Assembly (NCBI GenBank): GCA_013239625.1
Contig: MU054187.1
Location: 9,133,231-9,197,230, forward strand
Direction: 5' to 3'
Length of the DNA stretch: 64,000 bases
DNA from: Lama guanicoe
Taxonomy: Eukaryota
Below the pieces are notes generated by a model. It made no database searches. It was not told the DNA's origin and was given only the letters and a program-made list of their open reading frames with translations. The translations under genes were made by a program, and so were the position numbers. Positions 12,216-25,457 of the stretch are shown here, piece after piece; the first letter of the stretch is position 1; every line of letters starts with the position of its first letter.

Positions 12216-12539
12216 TTTTACTGTATAGTAAGCTCTACAGATTCCCCCAAATAGTCCTCAAGGTGTATCATCCCCCAAATGTCAGAAGTGGTGGGATTAT
12301 GGTTTTCCCTTTTCTTTTAAAATGTTTTCTTGATCAATTCCAACCGCCAATTTTTCTAAGATGAACATATTTTATAACAAAAATTTATTTGTTAAAAACA
12401 TAAACTATGAGTAAAAATAAATGTTTAAAATGCAATGATGAATAAAGGGCAATTGAAGGAAATTTTCACCTGAGGGTTGGCTGGTCTAGACTATTTAGTA
12501 ACTCAATGGACAAGCACCTTCCTTGATGGTACAACAATG

Positions 12540-14870
12540 AATAACCAGTCAGAGGACATCTAGCTAATCACAGCAGATTACATACATGTATCTATCAATG
12601 TTTCTTCATGAAACCCTACTAGATGCCACCGGAAGAAGAAAATAAGGCATAAACCCAGACGGTCAAAGAGAAAAGGAGGGGAAATGAAAACTGACAAGTT
12701 CATCTTTTAGATACTGAAGGTGAATAGACAACTTATACATGTCTTAGCAGAACAGAAAGTTAAAACCTAAGCTTACAAATGGGGGGCACTATATTTGGTC
12801 AAGTCCTGCTGCAAAAACCAGAATAATCTCAGAAATTAGAAGCCCCAGCTGTTCTGGAAGGCAAGAATGTTAGTGGGCTGAAAAAGAGAAGGATCAATTG
12901 AAGTTCTTTAAAACAAGTCGTTAGATCCCCAAATCTCCTCCCCAACCCTGTGCAGACAGGTAACTCGCTCTCTTTCACTTCAGCAGCAGATTGGAGAGAT
13001 TGAACTAAACAGGTTCTGGACTTGAGTTCCCATATGGAAAGTGGTGTGCCATATGGAAGGAGTACCCTATGGAAATTGGTGGGATAAATGAGAATCTGTC
13101 TACTTGTTGATCGCCAAGTTTATATCCTTGAGGCAAGAGGTTGGGAGATTCCTCTTTTAGAAAAGAGAACATATCAAAAGCAAAAGTTTTACAGGTTCTA
13201 TCAGTTTGAAGTCCTCCAACCGAATAAGTGGGTCCACACATAAATCTAAGGGAAGTCCTACCCATGTACAAGAAGTTACAAACAGCATATCAGTATCTCA
13301 TTCTTTAATATGAAAGAGCAAACAAATATTACCAGAATTTGAATAAACACCATAAAATGACAGACAACAGAAAAAACAAACAAACGAGGAAACAGAAACA
13401 ATACAGAGACTCTCCCTTCCAAAAAACCGAATAATATCACTAGAGAGATAAGAATTTATAACACACAAGAATAGGATGACATAAAAGAAGAAATAGAATA
13501 GTTTTTAAAATTAAAAACTTGGTAGTAATAATTAAATATTTAATGGATGCGTTAGAAACTAAAGTTGAAGATATCTTCCCAAAAGTAAAATGAAAAATTA
13601 AAGACACAGATAATGTGAGAAAGGATATTAAAATTGGAGTCCCAGTCCAGGGTGTTTAGCATCCAAATAAAAATGATTTCAGAAAAAAAAAGATTTGAGA
13701 ACTGCAGGGAAGAAATAATTCAAGAAAATTCAGCTGAACTGAACAGCATACATTTTCAGATGGAAACAGCCAAGTTTGTGCATAGAATATTGGCTAGAGA
13801 AAAGAACTACACCGAGGTATATTATGACATTTCAGTATAATGGTAACAAAAATAAGAACTTAAAACCTTCCTGGGAGTGAAATAAAAACAGGTCACATAA
13901 AAAGAACCATAGATTAGAATGGCAAGGTCCATCTCAACAACAAATAGGAAGCTGGGAGACAGTGATGTACAGCCTTCAAAATTGTGAAGGAATTTTAATT
14001 CCTACCTAGGAATCTGTGAACCTGGCCATACTAGCAATTTAGTGTGAGAATAGAATAAAGATATTTTTCAGACATTGAAGAATTCAAGTAGTTAGCTCCC
14101 ACTACACCTTTTCTAAAGAAGTGATCATTAGAGGTTGTGCTCTAGCAAAGAAGGGAGGAAACCAAAAGGGCAATCTTGGTATCCAGCCAACAGGCGATTC
14201 AACACAGGAGAGAAGGAAGGGGAGTCCCCAGAACAATAGACCTCATGCCTCAGCCAAGAGAAGACCTAGAGAGAAACCAGGCCATGTAGGAGCAGGAATA
14301 TGGGGGCTCTGAGATGACAGTGAAACTAAGAGATGACCTGAAGAAGCTGAACATAATGAGAAAAGCTCTGGCAGAGTTTTGGAATAAATTTATTATCACT
14401 ACATAGAATATTAAGAAAATAAAAAGATTCAGTTACTAACACCAAGAAAAAAGGTAAAACAAAATAGATTAATATCATACATTATATGGATTTTCTGTAA
14501 ATAATAGTTACATATTCACAATGATATAAGCACTGAATACTGATTTAGCAAAAATATTGTGTTATAACTATACTGAGGGAGTGGAAGTGGATGAAACTGT
14601 GTTTTGTTTGGGTGGTATTAGAAGGCTAAATTTTCAGCTTTCACAGTAGAATAGTGATAGATAATATCTAAAATTGAGATGTGAGTTAATAATATGGAGC
14701 TAAATATTACAAGGAATAAGTAAAAACAATGAACATTCTTGCCTCAGCAGAACTGGAACTGGTAGTGTATTGATACGGAACAAGATATTGCTAGGTTTAT
14801 TACAAACAGTTAGACTACTGAACTCTAAAAACTATGTAAATGTATTATTTTTCTTATTAAAAAATTATAA
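12540..14870 (+). mobile_element. Ancient L1ME/HAL1-like element, degenerate ORF1
   Basis: A-rich strand; ORF1-like remnant ...REEIIQENSAEL...; 3' UTR-like tail. Confidence 0.55.
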
Positions 14871-14875
14871 TAATT

Positions 14876-15036
14876 GCAGTAGATTCAAGTATGTTCCCCA
14901 AAAGATATGTTAAAGTCCTAACTTCTAATACTTATGACCTTATTTGTAAATAGGGTCTTTGTGGATGTAATCAAGTTAAGATAAGGTCATATGGAATTAG
15001 GGTGTGTCTGATACCCAATAACTAGTGTCTTTATAA
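14876..15036 (+). mobile_element. MLT1 (MaLR) LTR, 5' half
   Basis: ccccaaaagatatgttaaagtcctaac...gaccttatttgtaaatagggtctttgtggatgtaatcaagttaagat. Confidence 0.8.
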
Positions 15037-18000
15037 ACAAAAGCTAAAAGAATTCAGCACCACCAAACCAGCTTTACAACAAATGTTAAAAGAACTTCTC
15101 TAGGTAGAAAAGAAAAGGCCACAACTAGAAACAAGAAAAGTAATCGTGAGAGGAGGAGGGTATGAATGCAGGATATCTACAATGTATTTGAAATTAACAG
15201 ATCAGCAACTTAAAACAATCATGTATATGTATAGACTTCTATACCAAAACCCCACAGTAACCACAAACCAAAAATCCGTAATAGATACACATATAAAAAA
15301 AGAAAAATGAATCCAAATGTAACTCCATAGTCATCCAATAACAAGAGAAGAGAACAAAAAAGAGAAAAAAATCTACACAAATAGATCCAAAACAATTAAC
15401 AAAATGGTAATAAGAACATACATATTGATAATTACCTTAAATATAAATGGATTAAATGCTCCAACCAAAAGATATAGACTGGCTGAATGGATACAAAAAC
15501 AAGACCCCATATATACACTGCCTACAAGAGACCCACTTCAGAGCTAGAGACACATGCAGACTAAAAGCTAGGGGATATAAAAAGATATTCCATGCAAATG
15601 GAAACCAAAAGAAAGCTGGAGTAGCAATACTTCTTTCAGACAAAAGAGACATTAAAATGAAGACTGTTACAAGACACAAAAGACACTACATGATGCTAAA
15701 AGGATCAATCCAAGAAAAAGATATAACAATTGTAGATATATATGCACCCAACATAGGAACACCTCAATATATAGGCAACTGTTAAGAGACATAAAAGGAG
15801 AAATCAAAAATAACACAATAATAGTAGGGGACCTTAACACCCCATTTACATCAATGGACAGATCATCCAGACAGAAAATCAATAAGGATATAAAGACCAT
15901 ATATAATGCATTAGACCAGATGGATTTAATTGCTATTTATAGAGCATTCCATCTTAAAGCAGCAGAATACACATTCTTATCAAGTTCACATGGAATATTC
16001 TCCAGAACAGATCACATGCTTGTCTACAAAGCAAGACTCAGTAAATTTAAGAAAGTTGAAATCCTATCAAGCATCTTTTCTGACCACAATGCTATGAGAT
16101 TAGAAATCAACTACAAGAAAAAAAAACCTATAAAAACTGCAAACATGTGGAGGGTAAACATATGCCACTAAACAACAAATGGATCACTGAAGAAATCAAA
16201 GAAGAAATAAAAAAAATACTTAGGGACAAATGAAAATGAAAACATGATGATCCCAAACCTCTGGGACACAGCAGAAGCAGTTCTAAGAGGGAAGTTTATA
16301 GCGTTGATACAAGCTTATCTCAGGAAACAAGAAAAATCTCAAATAAACAACCTAACCTTACACCTAAAACAACTGGAGAAAGAAGAACAAACAAAACCTA
16401 CAGTAAGTAGAAGGAGAGAAATCATAAAGATTAAGCAGTAGTAAATGAAATAGAGTCTTAAAAAACAAAGAAAAGATCAATGAAATTAAAAACTGGTTCT
16501 TTGAAAAGATAAACAAAATTTATAAACCCTTAGTAAGACTTATCAAAGAAAAAAGGGAGAGGACTCAAATTAATAAAATCAGATATGAAAAAGGAGAAGT
16601 TACAACCAACATCACAGAAATACAAGGGATCATAAGAGGCTACTATGAGTAATTATATGCCCCAAAAAAGGACAACCTAGAAGAAATGGACAATTTCTTA
16701 GAAAGGCACAATTTACCAAAACTGAATCAAGAGAAATAGAAAATATAAATAGACCAATTACCAGTACTGAAATTAAATCAGTAATTTTAAAACTCCCAAC
16801 AAACAAAAGTCCAGGTCCAGATGGCTTCACAGGCAAATTCTACCAAACATTTAGAGAAGAGTAAACACCTATCTGAAACTATTCTTGCAAAGGAAGGGAC
16901 ACTTCCAAACTCACTCTATGAAACCACCATAACCCTGATACCAACACCAGACAAAAATATCACACACACAAAAATTACAAGCCAATATCACTTACGAACA
17001 TAGATGCAAAAATCCCCAACAAAATACTAACAAATCAACTCCATCAATGCATCAAAGGGAGCATATACCATGATCAAGTGGGATTTATCCCAGGGAAGCA
17101 AGGATTTTTCAACATCCACAAATCAATCAAAGCAATACACCATATTAACAAATTGAAGAATAAAAACCATATGGTCATCTCGATAGATGCAAAAAAAGTT
17201 TTTGATAAAATTCAACATCCATTTATGATAAAAAAAAAACTCTCCAGAAAGTGGGCATAGACAGAACATACCTCAACATAATAAAGCCTGCATATGACAA
17301 ACCCACAGCTAACATCATACTTAGTGGTGAAAAGCTGAAATCATTTCCTTTAAGATTAGGAACAAGATAAGGATGCCCACTCTCACCACTTTTATTCAAC
17401 ATAGTTTTGGAAGTCCTAGCCATAGCAATCAGAGGAGAAAAAGAAATAAAAGGAATCCAAATTGGAAAAGTAGAAAACCGTCACTGTTCATGGATGACAT
17501 GAACTATTTTACTATACATAGAAAATCCTAAACATGCTATCAGAAAACACCTATCCTTCTGAAACTAGAGTTCATCAATGGATTTGGTAAAGTTGCAGGA
17601 TACAAAATTAATATGCAGAAATCAGTTGCATTTCTATACACTAACAATGAAATAGGAAAAAAATTAAGGAAAAAAATCCCATTTACTATTGTATCAAAAA
17701 AAAAAAAGGTACCTAGGAATAAACCTACCTAAAGAGGCAAAGGACTTGTACTCCGAAAACTATAAGACACTGATGAAAGAAACTGAAGATGACATAAACA
17801 GATGGAAAGATATACTGTGTTCTTGGATTGGAAAAATCGATATTGTTAAAATGGCCATAGTACTCAAGGCAATATACAGATTTAATGCAACTCTTATCAA
17901 ATTATCAATAACATTTTTCACAGAACTGGAACAAAAAATGTTAAAATTTGTATAGAAATACAGAAGACCCTGAATCGCCAAAACAATACTCAGAAAGAAA

Positions 18001-19569
18001 AACAGAGCTGGGGAATCAGGCTCCCTGACTTCAGACTATACTACAAAGCTACAGTAATCAAAACAGTCTGGTACTGGCACAAAAAAAACAGACACATAGA
18101 TCAATGGAACAGGATAGAAAGTCCAGAAATAAACTGACACACTCATGGCCAATTAATCTATGACAAAGGAGGTAAGACTATACAATGGAGAAGATAGTCT
18201 CTTCAATAAATGGTGCTGGGAAAACTGGGCAGCTACCTGTAAGAGACTGAAATTAGAACATTATCTAACAGCATATACAAAAATAAACTCAAAATGAATT
18301 AAAGACCTAAATGTAAGACCAGATACTATAAAACTCCTAGAGGAAAACCTAGGCAGACACTCATTGACATAAATCACAGCAACGTATTTTTGAACCAGCT
18401 CCTAGAGTAATGGCAATGAAAGGAAAAATAAACAAATGTGACCTAATTAAACTTACAACCTTTGCACAGCTAAGGATACCATCAACAAAATGAAAAGACA
18501 ACTTTCAGAGTGAGAGAAAGCATTTGCAAATGATGTGACTGACAAGGGACTAATTTCCAAAATATACAAACAGCACATACAGCTTAATATTAAAAAAAAA
18601 GCAATCCAATCAAAAAATGGGCAGAAGACCTAAACAGTCTTCTCTCCAAAGAAGACATCCAGATGGCAAACCGGCAAGTGAAAGGATGCTTGACACTGCC
18701 AATTATTAAAGAAATGCAAATCAAAACTACAATGAGGTACTACCTCACACCAGTTAGAATGGCCATCATTAAAAAGTCTACAAATAATAAATACTGGAGA
18801 GGGTGTACAGAAAAAGGAACCCTCCTACACTAGTTGGTGGGAATGTAAATTGGTGTAGTCACTATGGAGGACAGTATGGATGCTCCTTAAAATACTAAAA
18901 ATAGACTTACCATATGATCCAGCAATCCCGCTCCTAGGCCTATATCCAAAGCAAACTATAATTCAAAAAGACACATGCACCCCAGTATTAACAGCAGCAC
19001 TATTTACAATAGCCAAGACATGTAAACAACCCAAATGTCCATCAATAAATGACTAGATAAAGAAGATGTGGTATATATATACAAAGGAATCCTACTCAGC
19101 CATAAAAAAGAATAAATTAATGCTATTTGCAGCAACATGGATGGAACTGGAGATTGTCATTCTAAGTGAAGTAAGCCAGAAAGAGAAAAAAAAATACCAT
19201 ATGATATCACTTATATGTGGAATCTAAAAAAAAGACAAATGAACTTATTTACAAAACTTATTTACAGAAACAGACTCACAGAACACAGACATACAAATTT
19301 ATGGTTACCATGGAGTAAAGGGGGTAGGAAGGAATAAATTGGGAGTTCGAGATTTGCAGATACTAACTACTATATACAAAATAAATAACATTTCTACTGT
19401 ATAGCACAGGGAACTATATTCAATATCTGGTAGTAATCTATAATGAAAAAGAACATGAAAACAAATATATGTATATATATGTTTGACTGAAACATTATGC
19501 TGTACACCAGAAATGGACACAACATTGTACATTGACTATACTTCAATAAAAATATTTGGAAAAAAAAAA
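15037..19569 (+). mobile_element. 5'-truncated lineage-specific L1 (~4.5 kb): ORF1 end, disrupted ORF2 (ATG ~15404 to ~19228), 3' UTR, poly(A)
   Basis: EN motifs (CLQETHF, YAPN, SDHN); RT-region fragments ([21 protein letters not shown]); multiple stops and frameshifts; AATAAA plus A-tail at ~19545-19569. Confidence 0.95.
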
Positions 19570-19872
19570 GAAGAAGAAGAGAGGGATTTGGAGGCCCACA
19601 TAAACACAGTGAAGAAAGCCATGTGAAGACAGAGACTGAGATTGGAGTGACTTGTCTACAAGCCAAGGAACACCAAGGACTGCCAGTGACCACCAGAAGC
19701 TAAGAGAGAGGCATGAAACCAATTCTCTTCCAGAACCTTCAGAGGGATTGTGGCAAAGCCAAAACCTTGATTTTGGATTTCAAGCCTCCAGAACTATGAG
19801 AGAATAAGTTTTTGTTTTTCTAAGTCACCCAGCTTATGGGAATTTGTTATGGCAGCCCAAGGAATCTAATAC
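19570..19872 (+). mobile_element. MLT1 LTR, 3' half (continuation of 14876-15036)
   Basis: ccatgtgaagacagag...caagccaaggaacaccaagga...ttgttatggcagcccaaggaatctaataca. Confidence 0.85.
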
Positions 19873-20501
19873 AATGCTGTTACCCAACTTCTGTATATCT
19901 GATTGGAGCAAGAGATGTTTCACAGAGGGTCAGTTCTTCTAAATTCATTTCCACATCTGAGGTTAAAAAACTAATCAAGTTAGCTTCTTTTTTTTAATAG
20001 GGCATAGTACAAAACCCATCTGTTCAATTAAGGGATGTGAGAGGACTGGGAAATGTGAAGCACAAATTTGGGTCTCTAGTTATAAATATTTAAGTGTATG
20101 CCTGCCTTAGGTTTACTTTCTGTTTTTAAAAATACTGTTCTCTCCTGCTATCTCTGAAGAAGAATAGTTATAAAGAACAGGGCCCCTTCCCTTCACGCCC
20201 TACACAATAACAATGTGAAATGTTGAACAGAGTGATTATTACTTAGAACCACAAACTTTTTTAAAGTAGACCTAAGAACTGATTACTAAACATCTTTTCC
20301 AACTAATAAAGATGTCTGAACTTGTTAACTATCATTTTTATATGAAATAAATTTTATATGAAACAAATTTAAAGAAAGCATTGGTATTATTTACATTTCA
20401 TGTACTCTTAATTCCAGTGTCTTATCTCAGAGTCAATAATCATCTTTAAAATAGTTCACATAATGAGGCATTTAATATCTTAAAGCAATTGGTTACAGGA
20501 C

Positions 20502-21003
20502 GTTATGAGTTGAATTATATCTGCTCCTCCCCCTGCCTCCAAAAAAAAGATATGTTGAGATCCTAACCCCTAGTACCCCAGAAAGTGATCTTATTTGGAA
20601 ATAAGGTCATCACAGATAGAGTTAGGTAAATTAAGATGAGGTCATACTAAATTAGGATGGGCCCCTAATCCACCACGTCTGGTGTTTTTATAAGACAGCC
20701 ATGTGAAGGCATAGGCACAGAAGGACGCCATATGAGGATGCAGGCAGAGATTGCATTGATGCATCTACAAGCCAAGGAACACCAAGGATCATTGGCTGTC
20801 CCAGAAATTAGGGTGGAGACGTGGAACAGATTCTCCCTCAGAGCACTCAGAAGGAACCAACCCCACACACACCTTGATTTTGGACATCTGGGCTCCAGAA
20901 CTGTGAGAGAATACATTTCTCTAGTTTATACAGCATAACATAAAGTTTACCATTCGCCATCCAGTTTGTGAAACTTTGAACAGCAGTCCTAGGAAACAAT
21001 ACT
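20502..21003 (+). mobile_element. MLT1C-like MaLR LTR, near full length
   Basis: Typical MLT1 motifs throughout, ending cagtcctaggaaacaatac. Confidence 0.85.
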
Positions 21004-21077
21004 CAGTGCTTTCATCAAAATTATAATACCTGGGGCGGGGGAAAGGGTCCTTTACATCTTTTTCAATTCAAGTTTTT

Positions 21078-21790
21078 TCATTCGTTTATTCACTAAATCA
21101 TGTTGCGTGACTACTACATGTTAAGCCTTCCTCTAGTCACTAGAGATAAAATAAGACAGAGAAAGGTCCATCTGCACGAAATAAAAATTCTGATGGAGAA
21201 GAGTGATCAACAAACAAATACATAACAAATCATAATAAGTTACTGTTAGGTGCTGTAAAGAGAAATAAAACAGGGAATCGCACAATAAAGGCATTTTTTA
21301 AAAAGATGGTAAAAATAAATAAAAGAAACAAGGAAGTGTATTAGAAAGTGGTATATGGAGGTTTAGAGAAGGCATCTTTGAGAAGATGACATTTGAGCCG
21401 GGCCCTGAATGAAGTAAGGAAGTAAGCTAGGCAAGGATTAATGGGTACGGGAGAACTTTCTTGTTAGGGGGAACCAGCACAGATGCCCAGCACATGAATA
21501 AGGCCAGTGTAGAGGGAACACGGTGAGAAGCAGGGAAGGGAGATGAGACCAAATCAGTGTAGGTCCTTGCAGGCTTGATTAAGTATTTGGATACTATTCT
21601 AAGTGTGATAGGAAGCCATTGGAATGTTTTACTATTTTGTTTTGTTTAATCAGAGAAGTGACGTTCTCTGATTTGTACGCTTTAAAGATGTCTCCAGCTG
21701 CTCTGTATACAATGCTTTCTAAATGAAAAGTGGAAGCAAGGAGATCAGTTAAACAACTTCTAAATAATTTGTAAGAGAGATGGTGGTACC
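21078..21790 (-). mobile_element. L2 fragment
   Basis: ttcattcgtttattcact... start; gaagatgacatttgagccgggccctgaatga; ggaagccattggaatgtttt. Confidence 0.65.
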
Positions 21791-22379
21791 TTTGAGCATC
21801 TTTGGAGGTGTCGCTATGCAGATTTATACAGACTGAATTTACAGATAACCATCTAAGCCTACAAATATTATCTCCTTTTCAAGTTAAAAATCAGACAATC
21901 ATGGGGTTCTTCCACATCCCCTCAACTTCTTTAGATTAGACAGCAGAAGGAGTTTCTAAATAAACCAGTTAAATCCATTTAGAACATCTTATTCACAGCT
22001 CAAAACTTAAAATAACTCTAAAGTTGAGGGATAAAAATAAAATTGCTATTGAAAAATCTCAGGATTAATTTTTTTAGGTAAGCAATTTATGCAATATAAT
22101 TAAAATTTTGTAAGGTGTAGCAAAATATTATATATATTAGCAGTATCAAATCAAATTTTAAAATGCAACTAAAATATTTCATCTATTTATAATATTTAGA
22201 AATCTCACATTGTCTAAGAATTAGTAAAACTTCACAGTTCTTAGAGTGAAAAGATCAGTATTCAAAATTCAGTTAAGTTTAAAGTGAAATTTGTTCATTT
22301 TGGAATAAGTGAACATAACTAATAATAATGTTCACTGAGTGTAGAAAATAAAATGATCCAAGGTCAAAGATTTAAAAAT

Positions 22380-22665
22380 TTTTCTCAGAACAAACAACAC
22401 AGTTTTAAAATGGACAAAAGAATTGAGTGAAGTCTTTTCTCAAGTCTTTTTTGCCCATGATTTTTACTCAATGACTTTTAAATAGTCATTTCTGTAAAGA
22501 AGACATTCAAGTGGCCAATAAACCCATGAAAAGATGCTCAACGTCAGTCATCATGGGGAAATGCAAATCAAAACTACAGTGGATACAACTTCACACAAAT
22601 TAGGATGGTTATTAGCAAAGAATGGAAAGTAACAAGTACTGGTGAGTATGTGGAGAAGTTAGTAT
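22380..22665 (+). mobile_element. L1M ORF2 3' fragment
   Basis: agaagacattcaagtggccaataaacccatgaaaagatgctcaac...gaaatgcaaatcaaaac. Confidence 0.75.
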
Positions 22666-23098
22666 GCTTCTCATGATTTTCCTTAATACTTTCCATACGT
22701 TGATTTTTAAATTCAGATTGGGTCTTTCATAGATGACCTGGATGTTGTCGATACTGCCTAAATACTTTGTTGGCAACAGTATGCCAGGACAGCTCAGGTC
22801 TTGAATACGTTTTCTTGGCTTAAACAATTTACCCAACCCCAACAGGCAAAATACTACAATTGCAATGTACCTTCTGGCAATGATGATAAACCATACAGCC
22901 CACAAGTCAGCACCACAAGTAGAACTGTGGTACACACATGGGAAGACAAAGGAATCTGTAAAGCAAATAAAAATGTTAACGAAAGACTTAAACCAAAGGA
23001 GTGCTTAACAAAAAAAGGCCCCCCAAAACAAAAACAAAAGTAAGAAAAACCGCATGTCGAAAAAACTCTGGCACAAAAGCACAAGTGGCTTTTACTTT

Positions 23099-23226
23099 TA
23101 CTTTTACTTTTTTTTTTTTTTTGGTGGGGAGAGGTAGTTAAGTTTACTTATTCTTAGGGATTGAACCCAGAACCTCATGCACACCAAGTATGTGCTCTAT
23201 CTACCACTTGAGCGACACTCTCCCCC
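23099..23226 (-). mobile_element. tRNA-derived camelid SINE (Vic-1-like) with TSD
   Basis: Reverse complement has A-box (gctcaagtggtaga) and B-box (gggttcaatccc) plus A-tail; TSD acaagtggcttttacttt / acacgttgcttttacttt. Confidence 0.8.
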
Positions 23227-25457
23227 TACACGTTGCTTTTACTTTCGACACAGTGCAGTCTCATGAAAGAGATAACGGGAAGAAATGTTTTCCTTAATCC
23301 GTGGAGGGTTTCATCTGCCAAATAATCCTCAGATGCCCTTTCCTCATTCCCTCATGTTTAAGTGAAATCACAAACACTGTTCAGGCTTATAATAAATGCA
23401 GTAGTGGTGAAAATTCTCAAAGAAGTAGAAATAAAAATGTTCACACACACATGAATAAAAGTTATCCATGAAAAAACATACCAACTCTCCTGGAAAATAA
23501 GTGACCAGAAATGGCAGTGAGGAGGGAGAGTGCTCTGGCTCTGCACAACTCACGTGACACGGAGTCTTCGCCATTATCTGCATCCTCACAGCCCTTACTC
23601 TAGCATTCTAAACTTCTCTTCCCACAAGTGCCTCACCCTTTCACCTCCATGTCTTCACTCATGCTAGTCTCTCTGAATTGAACACCCATTCCTTCCCATC
23701 CAGCCCACACAGCCTCCCCAAATTCAAATCCCATATATCATAAGTCGCAGTTTAAATGTCCATCTTCAGTGAAGCCTTTCCTGAACTCCTCAGCTGGAAG
23801 CAAGTCTTACGAAGTCCTGTAAGATCGTCTGTGCTTCTCTTAAGGCACTCCTACTTCTGCATGGTATGATATTTAATTCTTACTCTTGATTCCAAAGGTC
23901 TGAATTTCTGGGGCAAGCAAAGGCACGTTGCTGGTGGTAGATTCTTGTCTCTGAAGTTTGCATTCCTTGTTATCCTTTTGAGATCTGGGAGTTTCTGTTT
24001 CTATCTATCCCAGATACACAACCAAAGTCATCGAAAGTTCAGTTCACTCCTGGTTTCTGATTGATCTTCATAGTGAAGGGTAATGACATTGCAGGAAAAG
24101 CACGAAGAAACACACTTCTGCTTCCACTGCTGCTTCAATTTTTGTCTTTTCATTCTGGAGTTAGACCCTTTTCTCTGGAGTAATTATTATCAAGTTTTCT
24201 GTCTCCACTATAAATCTTACAGGCAGTATGTGGTTGATTTATGGTAATAGCTGGATTGAGAGACTGGTAACATCCTGCTCTGTCTGTTTTTCTCTGACTT
24301 GACCTCTGCTAAAAAAAGCCACTAGACAGTTTTGCTCATACTGTGAAGGAACACAGCATAACACTTAGAAAACCCAATTATGGAAAACAGATTACATCTG
24401 TCATGTTTTCTGCATATCCTAATGCAACAAGGATGTATAAAAAATATTATATCAAAAATTTTTGAGAGGATATATAGAAGTTTCATTGGGCTTCACTCCA
24501 AAAAATGTCATAAATTTTATCCACATGATGAAGTATATTTAATCCACTTGTTGATTTCCACTTGTTGATTGCCAATAAGTATTTGGAATTACTTAAATCT
24601 ATTACGGTCTCTATTGTGTTGGTAGAATGACTCAATAGAAGTTTGTGAACTGTTACACCAGTATGGATGACTTTCTGTAGACTGTCACACTTGATCAGAA
24701 AAATTAGTCCTCAGAAGCATGGCAGCAAATCTCCCAAATGGCACAATTTGGTGCTTACTTGACCTTATCAAGTCATAAGCCTTTTCTGTTTATTGAACTA
24801 TGTTGAAGGATCGCAAGGAGAATATAACCCATTATATCTCTACTGTATTTTAGTCACAAAAAACAAACTTCTTCCAGGCAAATCCTCCATAATCTGAAAA
24901 CCTTGATAGCGCAACACTTTTATTCAAACATTCCAGCAAATCATTAGCTATTGTGTAACACTTGCCACAGAATACCCAGATTCTATTTGGCCAAGTTTGA
25001 CCTTGCCAGTATTTTAAGTAAGTTTTTATGTACGTATATTATTCAATGTATTATCTAATATCAATATTATGTAACTTAAATATGTATACAGGTAATCCTT
25101 AAGCACAAAAAGACTTTTAACTCAAACTTCCAAAGGATTAACAAAAGAACTGTAAATCAGAACACATGGATTTTCTCAATTTGATTTTTTTATTTTTTGT
25201 TTCAATTATTAAAGCAATACATATACACAAGACACTCATTTTAACAATGAGCATAAAGAAAAAAGTTAATAGTCCTTCCTCACCTCCTTTTCTAAATCTC
25301 TACCTTCTAGTAACCAAGAATAACAATTAGTTAGGTATTTTCTCATATCTTTCTCTAACACTACATAGCTCTGTAGATCAGATTTTGCTCATGACTAACT
25401 GGGAAACAAAACGTGAGACTCAAATCTTCAGCTTCCTCTTGCTGAAAATACGGATGA

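Noticed and set aside
15404..19228. Endonuclease/reverse-transcriptase ORF fragments as a novel RT system
   Set aside because: Ordinary degenerate LINE-1 ORF2 with many stops and frameshifts.
24544..24570. Short tandem duplications (also ~33394, ~48337, ~51463)
   Set aside because: Two-copy 13-14 bp slippage events; common, and no spacer-repeat (CRISPR-like) structure.
24854..25017. Plus-strand AG...GTAAGT exon-like segment
   Set aside because: Weak polypyrimidine tract, in-frame stop, no partner exons; compatible with chance.
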